From IMG/VR virus record IMGVR_UViG_3300010370_000025: a stretch of DNA of 64,000 nt, one strand, 5' to 3'. This DNA comes from a virus (Duplodnaviria > Heunggongvirae > Uroviricota > Caudoviricetes). Both the position numbers and the translations under genes were made by a program. The notes beneath the pieces are model-generated. The model was given only the letters and a program-made list of their open reading frames with translations, had not been told where the DNA came from and did no database searches. The stretch's first letter is position 1. Each line of letters opens with the position of its first letter. Below are positions 26,543 through 35,429 of this stretch, piece after piece.

Positions 26543-27382
26543 ATGATAATTGTTGATTTTAATCAAGTAATGATATCTAATCTCATGATGCAGATTGGTA
26601 ATCACACAAACATCCCTATAGAAGAGGGCTTGTTTCGTCACATGGTTATTAACTCGCTTCGCACATACAAACAAAAGTTTGGTAATGACTTTGGCGATTT
26701 GATAATTGCTTGTGATGATAAAAATTACTGGCGTAAGCAAGTTTTTCCTTATTATAAAGCTAACCGTAAAAAGAATCGAGAGGCGTCTGAGATTAACTGG
26801 ACGCATGTATATGATATCTTTAATAAGGTTAAGCAAGAGATCAAAGAAAATTTTCCTTACAGAGTTATTCAAGTAGATACAGCAGAAGCAGATGATGTTA
26901 TTGCTACTCTCACACAATCAAGCGCTGAAGATGTATTAATTTTATCTGGCGATAAAGATTTTGTCCAGCTACAATCTAATCATAACGTAAAGCAGTATGA
27001 TCCAGTTCGTAAGAAGTGGATTGCACATAATGATCCAAAGAGATATCTTTTTGAACATATTCTAAAAGGAGACCAGGGTGATGGTATTCCTAATGTTCTC
27101 TCTGATGATGATACTTTTGTTACTGAAAAGAGACAAAAGCCCTTGACTCAAAAGAAGATAGATACTATCTATAATGACGGTGTAATGATGCTTGATAAAG
27201 CTATTGATCGTAATTATATGCGTAATAAACAGCTAGTTGATCTTAACATGATACCTGATGCTATTAGAAAAGAAGTAATTAATAAATATCAGGAAGAATC
27301 AGGTAAGGATAAAAGCAAGCTGTTTAATTACTTTATTGCCTACAAGCTTAAAAATTTGATGGAAAATATTGGTGACTTTTAA
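26543..27382 (+). CDS. rnh: T4-type RNase H (5'-3' exonuclease/flap nuclease)
   Basis: IIVDFNQ, YWRK..FPYYKANRK, EADDVIA, ILSGDKDF, GDQGDGIPNVLS. Confidence 0.95.
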   Translation: MIIVDFNQVMISNLMMQIGNHTNIPIEEGLFRHMVINSLRTYKQKFGNDFGDLIIACDDKNYWRKQVFPYYKANRKKNREASEINWTHVYDIFNKVKQEIKENFPYRVIQVDTAEADDVIATLTQSSAEDVLILSGDKDFVQLQSNHNVKQYDPVRKKWIAHNDPKRYLFEHILKGDQGDGIPNVLSDDDTFVTEKRQKPLTQKKIDTIYNDGVMMLDKAIDRNYMRNKQLVDLNMIPDAIRKEVINKYQEESGKDKSKLFNYFIAYKLKNLMENIGDF

Positions 27383-27799
27383 ATGATTAGACAGTCTATT
27401 GCTCAGACTCTTAAAGAGATCTCTGAGCTTCCTACTAAGCAAGAGCGAGTAAAGGCTCTAGCACAAAACAATCACGGCGCTATTAAAGTTTTACTTCAAT
27501 ATATGTTTGATAAACGCGCTAAATTTATTCTACCTAAAGGTGATCCACCTTTTAAGGTATCAAAATTTAAAGATCATACTCGATTATATCCAGAAGTTCG
27601 TAAACTCTATCTCTTTATTGAAGGTGGGCATCCAGGATTAACTCCTTTAAAAAGAGAAACACTTTTCCTCGACATCTTAGAAAACGTAGATGAAGATGAA
27701 GCTAGGTTGCTCCTTGCTATTAAGGATAGAAAGAATCCATTCAAAGGACTGACCCCAGATATTGTATTAGCAGTATACCCAGGATTGTTTCCGAAATGA
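27383..27799 (+). CDS. Conserved T4-like hypothetical protein
   Basis: LPKGDPPFK...LYPEVRKLYLF...KRETLFLDILE. Confidence 0.8.
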   Translation: MIRQSIAQTLKEISELPTKQERVKALAQNNHGAIKVLLQYMFDKRAKFILPKGDPPFKVSKFKDHTRLYPEVRKLYLFIEGGHPGLTPLKRETLFLDILENVDEDEARLLLAIKDRKNPFKGLTPDIVLAVYPGLFPK

Positions 27800-27996
27800 T
27801 TAACAATAAGCATACAAAGTTTGATAATAAGCCAGTTAAAAAGACCTTTAATAACAAAAATTATCAATATTTTGAAGAAGAGAAAACTACTCTTCGTGAT
27901 GTAAAGCGCAACTTTGAACAAAAGAAGTATCGCAATTTTAACAACGTATTGCGTTCAAAAGATATTGACGCATTAATGGATTACGAAGATGATTGA
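27796..27996 (+). CDS. Hypothetical protein
   Basis: ATGA coupling with the previous gene. Confidence 0.7.
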   Translation: MINNKHTKFDNKPVKKTFNNKNYQYFEEEKTTLRDVKRNFEQKKYRNFNNVLRSKDIDALMDYEDD

Positions 27997-28207
27997 GATG
28001 CTAGAATTAAACTTATATCAAGCAATTGCTTGGACCGCTCTTACGTTTTTAGTAAGCATGTTATACAAGCATTTTGGTTATGTTAGTGGGATGAAAGAAG
28101 GCATTCAAGAAATGCTTATTATTTTTAATCACCATGAGCGCGAAGCTACACAAAGAGTATTAAAAAAACTTAAACAAGAAAGAACTACTAATGCAGAAGC
28201 AAATTGA
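27989..28207 (+). CDS. Small membrane-anchored hypothetical protein
   Basis: N-terminal hydrophobic helix followed by G...G.KEG. Confidence 0.7.
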   Translation: MIEMLELNLYQAIAWTALTFLVSMLYKHFGYVSGMKEGIQEMLIIFNHHEREATQRVLKKLKQERTTNAEAN

Positions 28208-28388
28208 TAGTAATAGTGATAGTCTTAATGTTGGACATCTTATTGACGAACAATTTAGACCAAATAAGCTTGAAGAAAATAAAAATTTACAAGAATTAGT
28301 TGAGCGAGATATGCGTGCTGAGGGGTATGATCCCCTAAATAGTAATGACGTCAAAGCATACTGGGCGTCTAAAGGTATCGTTAATTAA
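28191..28388 (+). CDS. Hypothetical protein
   Basis: Overlaps both neighbours in the operon. Confidence 0.65.
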   Translation: MQKQIDSNSDSLNVGHLIDEQFRPNKLEENKNLQELVERDMRAEGYDPLNSNDVKAYWASKGIVN

Positions 28389-28621
28389 TGGCTAATTATA
28401 CGTTTTTAGATACTAATACTAATGAAGAGTTTGACATTTCAATGTCAATTTCTGAACTAGATAATTACAAAAAAGCCAATCCACATCTCATTCAACAACT
28501 TAGAGCAACCGCTATTGCAGACCCAACCCGCTTAGGCCTTAAAAAGCCTGATAGCGGGTTTCGTGATTTAATGAAAGATATGAAAAGCAAGCATAGAAGG
28601 AGCTCTATCAATACATGGTAA
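28388..28621 (+). CDS. Conserved small T4-like protein (FmdB-like regulatory family)
   Basis: MANYTFLDTNTNEEF..SMSISELDNY...NPHL; PDSGFRDLM. Confidence 0.7.
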   Translation: MANYTFLDTNTNEEFDISMSISELDNYKKANPHLIQQLRATAIADPTRLGLKKPDSGFRDLMKDMKSKHRRSSINTW

Positions 28622-28635
28622 CATAGAGGTATCAT

Positions 28636-29439
28636 ATGGAAAGACTAACCCGCGCTGAAAAAAGACTTTTAAGAGAACAAAAGCGTCAGGAGGCAAAAGA
28701 GCAAAAAAACTATCTTTCATTAAGATCCATTTCTCCAAAAACAAAAAATCAGGAGCAAGTATTTAGAGACTTTACAAATGGTAAAAATCTTTTCATCCAC
28801 GGACTACCAGGCACAGGTAAATCTTTCATATCACTTTATCTCGCACTAAATGAGCTTATAGAATACCATGAATATAAAAATATAGTAATTATTAGATCAG
28901 TAGTACCTACAAGAGACATGGGCTTCCTTCCAGGCTCAGTTAAAGACAAAGCTAAAGTTTATGAAGCTCCATATCAATCAATATGTACTGAGCTCTATGG
29001 AAGAAAAGACGCGTATGATATTTTAAAAGGTAAAGGTTTAGTAACTTTTGAGACATCATCATTCCTACGCGGTGTAACTTTTGATAATAGTATTGTTATT
29101 GTTGATGAATGTCAAAATATGACCTATCATGAACTAACAACAATTATTACTCGCGTAGGTAAAAATACCAAAATAGTTTTTAGTGGCGATTATAGACAAA
29201 CTGATCTATCATACGATGATGATAAGTCAGGGCTTAAAAACTTTATGAAAATTATCAACAAGATGCCAAAATATTTCTCTTGTATCGAATTTACAGAAGA
29301 TGATATCGTAAGATCAGGTCTTGTTAAAGAGTTTATTATTAAGAAAACACAACTTGAAGCAACAAATTTTAGAACACCAATCTTTACTTCAGGGCATTTT
29401 GCAGGAGCGGAAGCACTTCACGCTGCTCAAAAAGAATGA
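28636..29439 (+). CDS. phoH: PhoH-family ATPase
   Basis: GLPGTGKS, MGFLPGS, SFLRGVTF, IVDECQN, GDYRQTDL, DIVRSGLVK. Confidence 0.95.
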   Translation: MERLTRAEKRLLREQKRQEAKEQKNYLSLRSISPKTKNQEQVFRDFTNGKNLFIHGLPGTGKSFISLYLALNELIEYHEYKNIVIIRSVVPTRDMGFLPGSVKDKAKVYEAPYQSICTELYGRKDAYDILKGKGLVTFETSSFLRGVTFDNSIVIVDECQNMTYHELTTIITRVGKNTKIVFSGDYRQTDLSYDDDKSGLKNFMKIINKMPKYFSCIEFTEDDIVRSGLVKEFIIKKTQLEATNFRTPIFTSGHFAGAEALHAAQKE

Positions 29440-30085
29440 GCAGTACAAAGACGTATTGGAACAAGTAAATACAGATACCGGCAGGTATTACAAAACGCCT
29501 GCCGGTAAACTCTACCCTTCTGTAACAACGGTAACCGGTCTTTTAGGTGCTGATGCAATTAAAGAGTGGAGACTGCGCGTAGGTGAGGAAGAAGCTAATA
29601 GGATTAGTTCAACAGCTGCAAGACGTGGTACACGTATACACCAGTTGTGTGAAGATTATATTAACGGCAGTATTATAGATACTGCGAAGTATAACTTTAA
29701 TGATGCGTTTAATTTTAAACTTTTAAAACAAGTTATTGATAGTAATATCGACAACGTACATCTTCAAGAAGAAAGATTATATTCAGATTATCTTGAGATG
29801 GCAGGTACTGTAGACTGTGTAGCTGAGTATAATGGTAAATTAGCTATTGTTGATTTTAAAACAGCTCGCAAACTAAAAGATAAGAATTATATTACTAATT
29901 ATTTTTGCCAAGCAGCCGCTTATGCAATTATGTATGAAGAGCGTTTTAATATACCAGTATCGAGAATAGTTATTCTCATATCAGTCGATGATGAGCAACC
30001 ACAAATATTTGAAGAGCGCAGAGACAATTTTGTAAATAAACTGCTAGAAGTACGCAAAGAATACAAAATTAAATATGGCATTTAA
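29321..30085 (+). CDS. PD-(D/E)XK (Cas4-like) exonuclease
   Basis: YPSVTTV, RGTRIH, AGTVDCVAEY...IVDFKT, YFCQAAAYA; true start probably later (e.g. TTG at 29399). Confidence 0.9.
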   Translation: MLKSLLLRKHNLKQQILEHQSLLQGILQERKHFTLLKKNEQYKDVLEQVNTDTGRYYKTPAGKLYPSVTTVTGLLGADAIKEWRLRVGEEEANRISSTAARRGTRIHQLCEDYINGSIIDTAKYNFNDAFNFKLLKQVIDSNIDNVHLQEERLYSDYLEMAGTVDCVAEYNGKLAIVDFKTARKLKDKNYITNYFCQAAAYAIMYEERFNIPVSRIVILISVDDEQPQIFEERRDNFVNKLLEVRKEYKIKYGI

Positions 30086-30098
30086 TCAAAATATATAT

Positions 30099-30106
30099 TA
30101 TAAATA
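30099..30106 (+). promoter_or_regulatory. T4-type late promoter upstream of the tmRNA gene
   Basis: TATAAATA in the intergenic region. Confidence 0.7.
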
Positions 30107-30111
30107 AGATA

Positions 30112-30416
30112 CTATCGTTGACGGAAATCGAAAGACGATCTGGACCGGGGGGCGGTACCCCGCGCCTCCACCAAAGGTACACCGCGATAACTCGTTATAT
30201 CCGCACTAAGCGCTTAGTGACGCTAAAGGATGAACTCGGTGTATCTTTGATGGGGGCGAAACAGGATCGACAGGCGTGTAATAGGTAACTTGAGATAGTC
30301 GATTGGTCGCGTTATAGACCATTAATCTAAATGCAAACGATAATGTTGCATCTCGTTACGCCTTAGCGGCCTAACATGAGCTCGGTGGGAGCTTGGAAAC
30401 AGAATCCCACCACCTC
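30112..30416 (+). ncRNA. ssrA: Circularly permuted two-piece tmRNA; tag (A)NDNVASRYALAA
   Basis: Acceptor piece ends GGGGGCGGTACCCCGCGCCTCCA-CCA (30173); coding piece starts GGGGGCGAAACAGGATCGAC (30252); G3-U70 pair; tag frame 30333-30374 GCAAACGATAAT...GCGGCCTAA. Outer ends are approximate. Confidence 0.92.
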
Positions 30417-30437
30417 CCTTTTTAAAGTGCAGCATAA

Positions 30438-30674
30438 ATGAATATTCCTAAATTTAAAACCTCTGCGGATTTTGCTAAAGAGATAGAAAAAATATCGTCT
30501 TCAAAAAGTATTAGCTTTTTTGAAGCAGTTGTATTATATTGTGAAGTAAATAATATTGAAGTTGAAACAGCGGCTTCTATTATTAAACAAAGCACGTTCT
30601 TAAAGACAAAGATTCAACATGAGGCTGAAGATCTTAGATTAATGAAGAAGACAGGTGCAAGACTTCCAATATGA
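30438..30674 (+). CDS. gp33: Late-transcription coactivator (T4 gp33-like)
   Basis: EIEKI...ISFFEAVVLYCE.NNIEVETAA...LK.KI..EA..L; lies in the 33-59-32 synteny. Confidence 0.85.
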   Translation: MNIPKFKTSADFAKEIEKISSSKSISFFEAVVLYCEVNNIEVETAASIIKQSTFLKTKIQHEAEDLRLMKKTGARLPI

Positions 30675-31243
30675 CACCATTTGAAGCATATAAACTTTAT
30701 AATGCTATTAAGAACCACTTTACTACAGAATCTTACGACTACTTCAAATATAATGGTAAAGTGAGAGCATCAGAAAACACTTTTGAGACTCGTAAAGACA
30801 AATATCAATTTTATAAACTATCTAAGCATGAAGACCCTTTAACTTTTTTAGTTGCAAATTTATCAGAAAATCCTAAAATATGGGTAGGTGATTTGTTTAA
30901 TAGTGAGTATGAGTTAGTCTATAGTAAATACTTAAAACGTAAACAATCACTCTCGTATAACTTTCAAAATGATATCGGTAATATGTTAGAGAACTTTGAT
31001 AGTAATTTTGAAGTTCAATCTGGCAACTATCCTCACCTTCTTAATTTGCTTGTTCGTAATAAAATTACTAAAGAAACATTTATTATTATTAACGACTGTG
31101 TACGCTTCTTTGGTAAATGGAATAAACAAATTAACGATCCAGTTTTGTGGCCTACAATAGCACTTAACTGTAGAAAGCTTTATCCCTTCATGGATTATGA
31201 TAAAGCTAAATATTGTAGTATCTTGAGAGAAAAGTTCTCATGA
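30671..31243 (+). CDS. gp59: Helicase loader (T4 gp59-like)
   Basis: FEAYKLYNAIKNHFT...YDYFKYNGK...F..RKDKY.F.KL. Confidence 0.9.
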   Translation: MTPFEAYKLYNAIKNHFTTESYDYFKYNGKVRASENTFETRKDKYQFYKLSKHEDPLTFLVANLSENPKIWVGDLFNSEYELVYSKYLKRKQSLSYNFQNDIGNMLENFDSNFEVQSGNYPHLLNLLVRNKITKETFIIINDCVRFFGKWNKQINDPVLWPTIALNCRKLYPFMDYDKAKYCSILREKFS

Positions 31244-31249
31244 TATTAT

Positions 31250-31284
31250 ATACAACGTATACACTTATACATCGTCATACAACG
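31250..31284 (+). repeat. Four ATACA units in the gp32 leader
   Basis: ATACA at 31250, 31259, 31267 and 31277; the first and last extend to ATACAACG and abut SD GGAG. Confidence 0.8.
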
Positions 31285-31294
31285 GAGATTAGAT

Positions 31295-32221
31295 ATGGCA
31301 AGTAATTTTGAAGCCCTTAAGCAGAATCGTAAATCCTCTTTCGATAAGCTTACCTCTGAGCTTACCAAGCTCAAGTCAAATAATAACAATCAAGATAATT
31401 CTTCTGATGATCGTTTTTGGAAGCCTGATGTAGATAAGGCAGGTAACGGTTATGCAGTTATTCGTTTTCTTTCTGCACCAAAGAATGAAGATGTACCTTT
31501 CGTACGCATTTGGGATCATGGCTTTCAGGGCCCCGGCGGCTGGTATATTGAGAAGTCACTGACAACTCTCGGTAAGCCAGATCCACTGTCTGAGTATAAT
31601 ACTAAGCTTTGGAACTCTGGTATTGAGTCTAATAAAGATCTTGTACGTAAGCAGAAGCGTCGTCTTAGCTACTACTCTAATATTTACGTAGTTAAGGATC
31701 CTACTCGACCAGAAAATGACGGTAAGGTATTCCTATTCAAGTATGGTAAGAAGATCTTTGATAAGATCAACGAAGCTATGCACCCTCAGTATGAAGATGA
31801 GGCTGCTCTTAACCCGTTTGATCCTTGGGAGGGAGCCAACTTCAAGCTTAAGATTCGTAATGTAGAGGGCTATCGTAACTATGATAAGTCTGAATTTGAC
31901 TCACCTTCAGCTCTCTTTGATGATGATAGCGCTATTGAAAAGGTGTGGGAACAGCAGCACTCATTGCAAGAGCTTGTTGATCCAAAGCACTTTAAGTCAT
32001 ATGAAGAACTTAAGATGCGCCTTGAGAAAGCAATCGATCTTGCAGGTGCATCTGGATCTAACCGTAGTCATGCAGATCAAATGCTTGAGCAAGAAGAGGA
32101 GGCATTCCCGGTTCCTTCAAAGTCAGCTCCTATTAAGGAAGCACCTAAGCAGAGTGCTCCATGGGAAGAAGATGATGACGATGAACTTAGCTTCTTTAAG
32201 AAGCTTGCACAAGACAGCTAA
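31295..32221 (+). CDS. gp32: Single-stranded DNA-binding protein (T4 gp32-like)
   Basis: DDRFWKP..DKAGNGYAVIRFL, HGFQGPGGWYIEKSLTT, FKYGKKIFDKI, acidic tail. Confidence 0.97.
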   Translation: MASNFEALKQNRKSSFDKLTSELTKLKSNNNNQDNSSDDRFWKPDVDKAGNGYAVIRFLSAPKNEDVPFVRIWDHGFQGPGGWYIEKSLTTLGKPDPLSEYNTKLWNSGIESNKDLVRKQKRRLSYYSNIYVVKDPTRPENDGKVFLFKYGKKIFDKINEAMHPQYEDEAALNPFDPWEGANFKLKIRNVEGYRNYDKSEFDSPSALFDDDSAIEKVWEQQHSLQELVDPKHFKSYEELKMRLEKAIDLAGASGSNRSHADQMLEQEEEAFPVPSKSAPIKEAPKQSAPWEEDDDDELSFFKKLAQDS

Positions 32222-32224
32222 AAG

Positions 32225-32252
32225 AAACGGGGCGCAAGCCCCGTTTTTATTT
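32225..32252. terminator. Bidirectional intrinsic terminator between convergent blocks
   Basis: AAACGGGGC-GCAA-GCCCCGTTT with A-run and T-run flanks. Confidence 0.9.
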
Positions 32253-33622
32253 TATACAGATGCAAAATTATCTTGCGAGTATGTTCGAGAATCTGCAGGT
32301 GTTTTATACGCTACAGTTAACGTAGCACCTCTACCTCTGCCATCAGATGCAACTTGTGGCATAACTTGCTGAGCAGGTGCTTGTGGACCATTAATTACAA
32401 CAGGAGCTACTACAGTTTTAGTATTAGTAGCAGTTTCGAAAGATCTATCTCTTATAGACTGTGTAGAGGGTAATATATTGCCTGCACCTGGTTCTTGTAG
32501 TGTATCTCGAAGTGAGGATTGTTGTTCTATACCTCTCATCTCATCTTCTTGAGTTTCACCCTCGATAGGTTGCTCTATAGTTGCATCTTCATTAGCTGGT
32601 GAAGAAGCAGGAGGAGCAATAGTAGTAGGAGCCGCTGTACTGTTTTCTAACGTAGTTTCTTCTTGCCCTGGTTGAGGTGTTATATTAGGTGTAGCTGCAG
32701 GTGGTGTTGATGCTTCTGGCTGTGGTTGCTCAGTACCAGGAGCAGGAGGTGTTGCAGGTTGTCCGGGTTCTTGAGTAGTAGCAGGGGCTATACTTTTAAC
32801 TATTTCAGGTAGTGAATACAGTGTAGCGTTAGGATCAACTTCAACACCATTACTTCTAAGCCCTTCAACGAAAGTTTTTATGTTTTCGTTTTCTTCCATT
32901 GCTTTTTCTATTGGAGTCTCTAAGCTTACCGGCAGCCCGTAAGATTGATCAAATCTAGTTACTAAACTCTCAGCTGTTTTATATAAGTTAGATTCTTCTG
33001 GTTTAACTTGACCACTTTTTATCTCAGCTATAGAAGGGGTTATATTTTCTAAAGTTGCGTCAATATTTTCAACATCTTCTACATTATTGCTCAATAATCC
33101 AGCAGCAGCTCCAATACCTAAAGCAAGAGCTGTACCTAGACCAGCTGCTTTTAGTGCACCGCCTACAGTAGTTCTTATAAATCCTTGTCTTTGAGGTCTT
33201 TCAGCAGTAGCTGCAACATTACGATTTACTGTTGCTTGTCCGATAGCTAAACTTCTTATAGAAGATACTAGCGTACTTATAGTTCTTCTCATACTATCTA
33301 CTGAACTTACAATATAATCTAATTTTTCATCTGGTGTTCCACCTGATACCATAGGTGATATAACACCAGAAGCTCCCATGTTTAATTGCTGGATAGGAGT
33401 TACATTAGGGCTTACTTCTGGCTCTTCAATATTTAATTGTTGCTCTTCTTCACCATCTTGACCTTGCTGGTTTTGCTGGCCATTCAATGCATTAGCTAAC
33501 AGCCCACCGCCAGTAGCAGCCCCTCCTAAACCAAACATCCTCTTGAGATTCTGCCAGCCTCCTTTAAGCATTCTGCCGCCAGCCCCAAATAATCTAGCCC
33601 CTAATCCAGCTAATCCTTGCAT
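32252..33622 (-). CDS. Probable tail tape-measure/baseplate hub subunit (T4 gp29 position)
   Basis: Follows gp26-gp51; Gly/Ala-rich helices, a hydrophobic segment and low-complexity linkers; no catalytic motif seen. Confidence 0.5.
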   Translation of the reverse strand: MQGLAGLGARLFGAGGRMLKGGWQNLKRMFGLGGAATGGGLLANALNGQQNQQGQDGEEEQQLNIEEPEVSPNVTPIQQLNMGASGVISPMVSGGTPDEKLDYIVSSVDSMRRTISTLVSSIRSLAIGQATVNRNVAATAERPQRQGFIRTTVGGALKAAGLGTALALGIGAAAGLLSNNVEDVENIDATLENITPSIAEIKSGQVKPEESNLYKTAESLVTRFDQSYGLPVSLETPIEKAMEENENIKTFVEGLRSNGVEVDPNATLYSLPEIVKSIAPATTQEPGQPATPPAPGTEQPQPEASTPPAATPNITPQPGQEETTLENSTAAPTTIAPPASSPANEDATIEQPIEGETQEDEMRGIEQQSSLRDTLQEPGAGNILPSTQSIRDRSFETATNTKTVVAPVVINGPQAPAQQVMPQVASDGRGRGATLTVAYKTPADSRTYSQDNFASV

Positions 33623-33631
33623 TTATATCTC

Positions 33632-33799
33632 TTATTCTTTATTTGCTTCTTTTTGTTTTTGCAATTCAGTTTCTAGTAACCCTATATAAATGTCTCTTTC
33701 AAAGGGTATCATTCTTTCTATATCACTTAATGAATATTTATGATAATACGTGAGCAAAAAATTAATATTATAGTAATTAGCTATCGTATTATGAGACAT
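33632..33799 (-). CDS. gp51: Baseplate hub assembly catalyst (gp51-like), 55 aa, not in the ORF track
   Basis: MSHNTIANYYNINFLL..YHKYSLSDIERMIPFERDIYIGLL; directly after gp26. Confidence 0.8.
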   Translation of the reverse strand: MSHNTIANYYNINFLLTYYHKYSLSDIERMIPFERDIYIGLLETELQKQKEANKE

Positions 33800-33804
33800 G
33801 CTTA

Positions 33805-34503
33805 CTAAAAAAAATTCTTTAAATTGTTTACCTCATAATCAACTTTTTTACCATTTGAATTTACATACGATACTTTATGAGATACTGTAGGCATGCTTTC
33901 GAGAAAATCATTAAATTTGCCTACCATCTCGCTAGGCATTCCCTCAAAAAAATCATCAAGTTCTTTTCTAGGGGTTTCAGATGCTTTGTAAATAGAATCG
34001 CCGCTATAGACATAATCTACACAATCTTTTACTAATTCAAATGTAGCTAATGGATCTTTTTTAAAGTCTTTACCTTTAAGCATATCAACCGTTGGATACT
34101 TCATAACAATACCAGTATCATCATTTATTTTAACTGTATTAGTGTGATTTTCTGGTTTAGTATATTTTACATCATCTAAATTAACTTCTACTTTATAGAG
34201 TTTCTTATCTTCTGTGTCTCTTAAACTTAATTCAACAATATTACCGATAGATTTACTTCTTAATTGAATAAACAAATATTGAATATCAAAAATAGGAAGT
34301 TTATTAACATCTATTTTAGTAATAAGGCAATTATTGATAATTTGTTTTACTGCTTCTAAAAGAATATAATCATCTTCAGAGCTCTCTTTTGCAATAAGAA
34401 GAATCTTTTCTTCTTTAACTGTAAATGGTTTAAATTGTACCGGCTCTTTATGTGAAACTATTTGACAGCTAAAAACAGGTAGTTTTATTTTAGGTAAAGG
34501 CAT
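33805..34503 (-). CDS. gp26: Baseplate hub subunit (gp26-like)
   Basis: MPLPKI...FKPFTVKEEKILLIA, FDIQYLFIQLRSKSIG, MKYPT. Confidence 0.9.
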   Translation of the reverse strand: MPLPKIKLPVFSCQIVSHKEPVQFKPFTVKEEKILLIAKESSEDDYILLEAVKQIINNCLITKIDVNKLPIFDIQYLFIQLRSKSIGNIVELSLRDTEDKKLYKVEVNLDDVKYTKPENHTNTVKINDDTGIVMKYPTVDMLKGKDFKKDPLATFELVKDCVDYVYSGDSIYKASETPRKELDDFFEGMPSEMVGKFNDFLESMPTVSHKVSYVNSNGKKVDYEVNNLKNFF

Positions 34504-34524
34504 AATATACTCCAATTAATCATT

Positions 34525-35421
34525 TTAAATTGCATTTCTATTTCTAAATCTATTTAAAGGTGAGCGTGCCGCAAATGTAGATAATACCAGCGAATCTCTC
34601 TGTACTTGTCTATTATAACCAGGATCATTAGAATATCCAGCAAACCCAGAAGGGAATAAACTGTTAAAATAGTTAATACCAGGGCTATAATTATCATATT
34701 GGGTAGATGGTTTAATAAAATTAGAAGTCCAATAATCATAGTTAATAGTTACAGGCATTGACATAATTTCATTATTGTATTCCCAAGACAGTTCAATATC
34801 ACCTAATGCAGTTGGAAAAGCATTATAAAATTTATATTCAATTAACGATTCAGAAACATTATTATACACGTAGATATCGATAATAGTTGAATAGTCATCT
34901 TTATAAGACACATCAAACATCTGAGCACCATTAACTGTTGAAGGTGCATTTATAGCTTTATTACCACCAAAATTAATTACGCTCTGTGCCCATTTAGTAA
35001 AAAAATTATGAGCTGATAAATTTTGATCTACAAAAAAGTTTGGCATTAGAGGGCCAAAACTTTGTGAGTATGGCATTTTTGTTGAAACACCAAAACCGTT
35101 AGGTAAAACGTCTCTATTGTTAATTGTAACACCAGGCAAGTTAACTTTATAACATAAAAATGGTAATATATTACCGCTTGCTGCAGCAATACTACTACCA
35201 ATAAAATCTTCTTCTTCTGAGTCTGGAGCTCCTAGATTATATCTTAAGCTAGCAGGTGCAGTAATAAACATTAAGAAACGGTTGTTTTGCAACACACCAT
35301 TATTGTAGCTAGCTACTGCTGATTTAATTCTTGAAATACCAGATACAGTTGATGATGTTGGCTGTAATTCAGGTCTTTGAAATAAGAAATAATCTATAAA
35401 CGGGTTACCTAGAGTTGCCAT
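34525..35421 (-). CDS. Tail-tube initiator/baseplate protein (gp54-like, tube fold)
   Basis: CYKVNLPG, F.KW...I, YKFYNAFPT.LGDIELSW, MPVTINYDYW; track start 35478. Confidence 0.7.
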   Translation of the reverse strand: MATLGNPFIDYFLFQRPELQPTSSTVSGISRIKSAVASYNNGVLQNNRFLMFITAPASLRYNLGAPDSEEEDFIGSSIAAASGNILPFLCYKVNLPGVTINNRDVLPNGFGVSTKMPYSQSFGPLMPNFFVDQNLSAHNFFTKWAQSVINFGGNKAINAPSTVNGAQMFDVSYKDDYSTIIDIYVYNNVSESLIEYKFYNAFPTALGDIELSWEYNNEIMSMPVTINYDYWTSNFIKPSTQYDNYSPGINYFNSLFPSGFAGYSNDPGYNRQVQRDSLVLSTFAARSPLNRFRNRNAI

Positions 35422-35429
35422 GTGATACC

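Noticed and set aside
25116-27921. Antisense ORFs 25116..25496, 25952..26173, 26537..26917 and 27607..27921
   Set aside because: They lie opposite well-supported genes and are expected by chance in biased coding DNA.
29321-30085. Cas4-like nuclease as evidence for a CRISPR system
   Set aside because: No repeat-spacer array or other cas genes; stand-alone Cas4-like exonucleases next to phoH are usual in T4-like phages.
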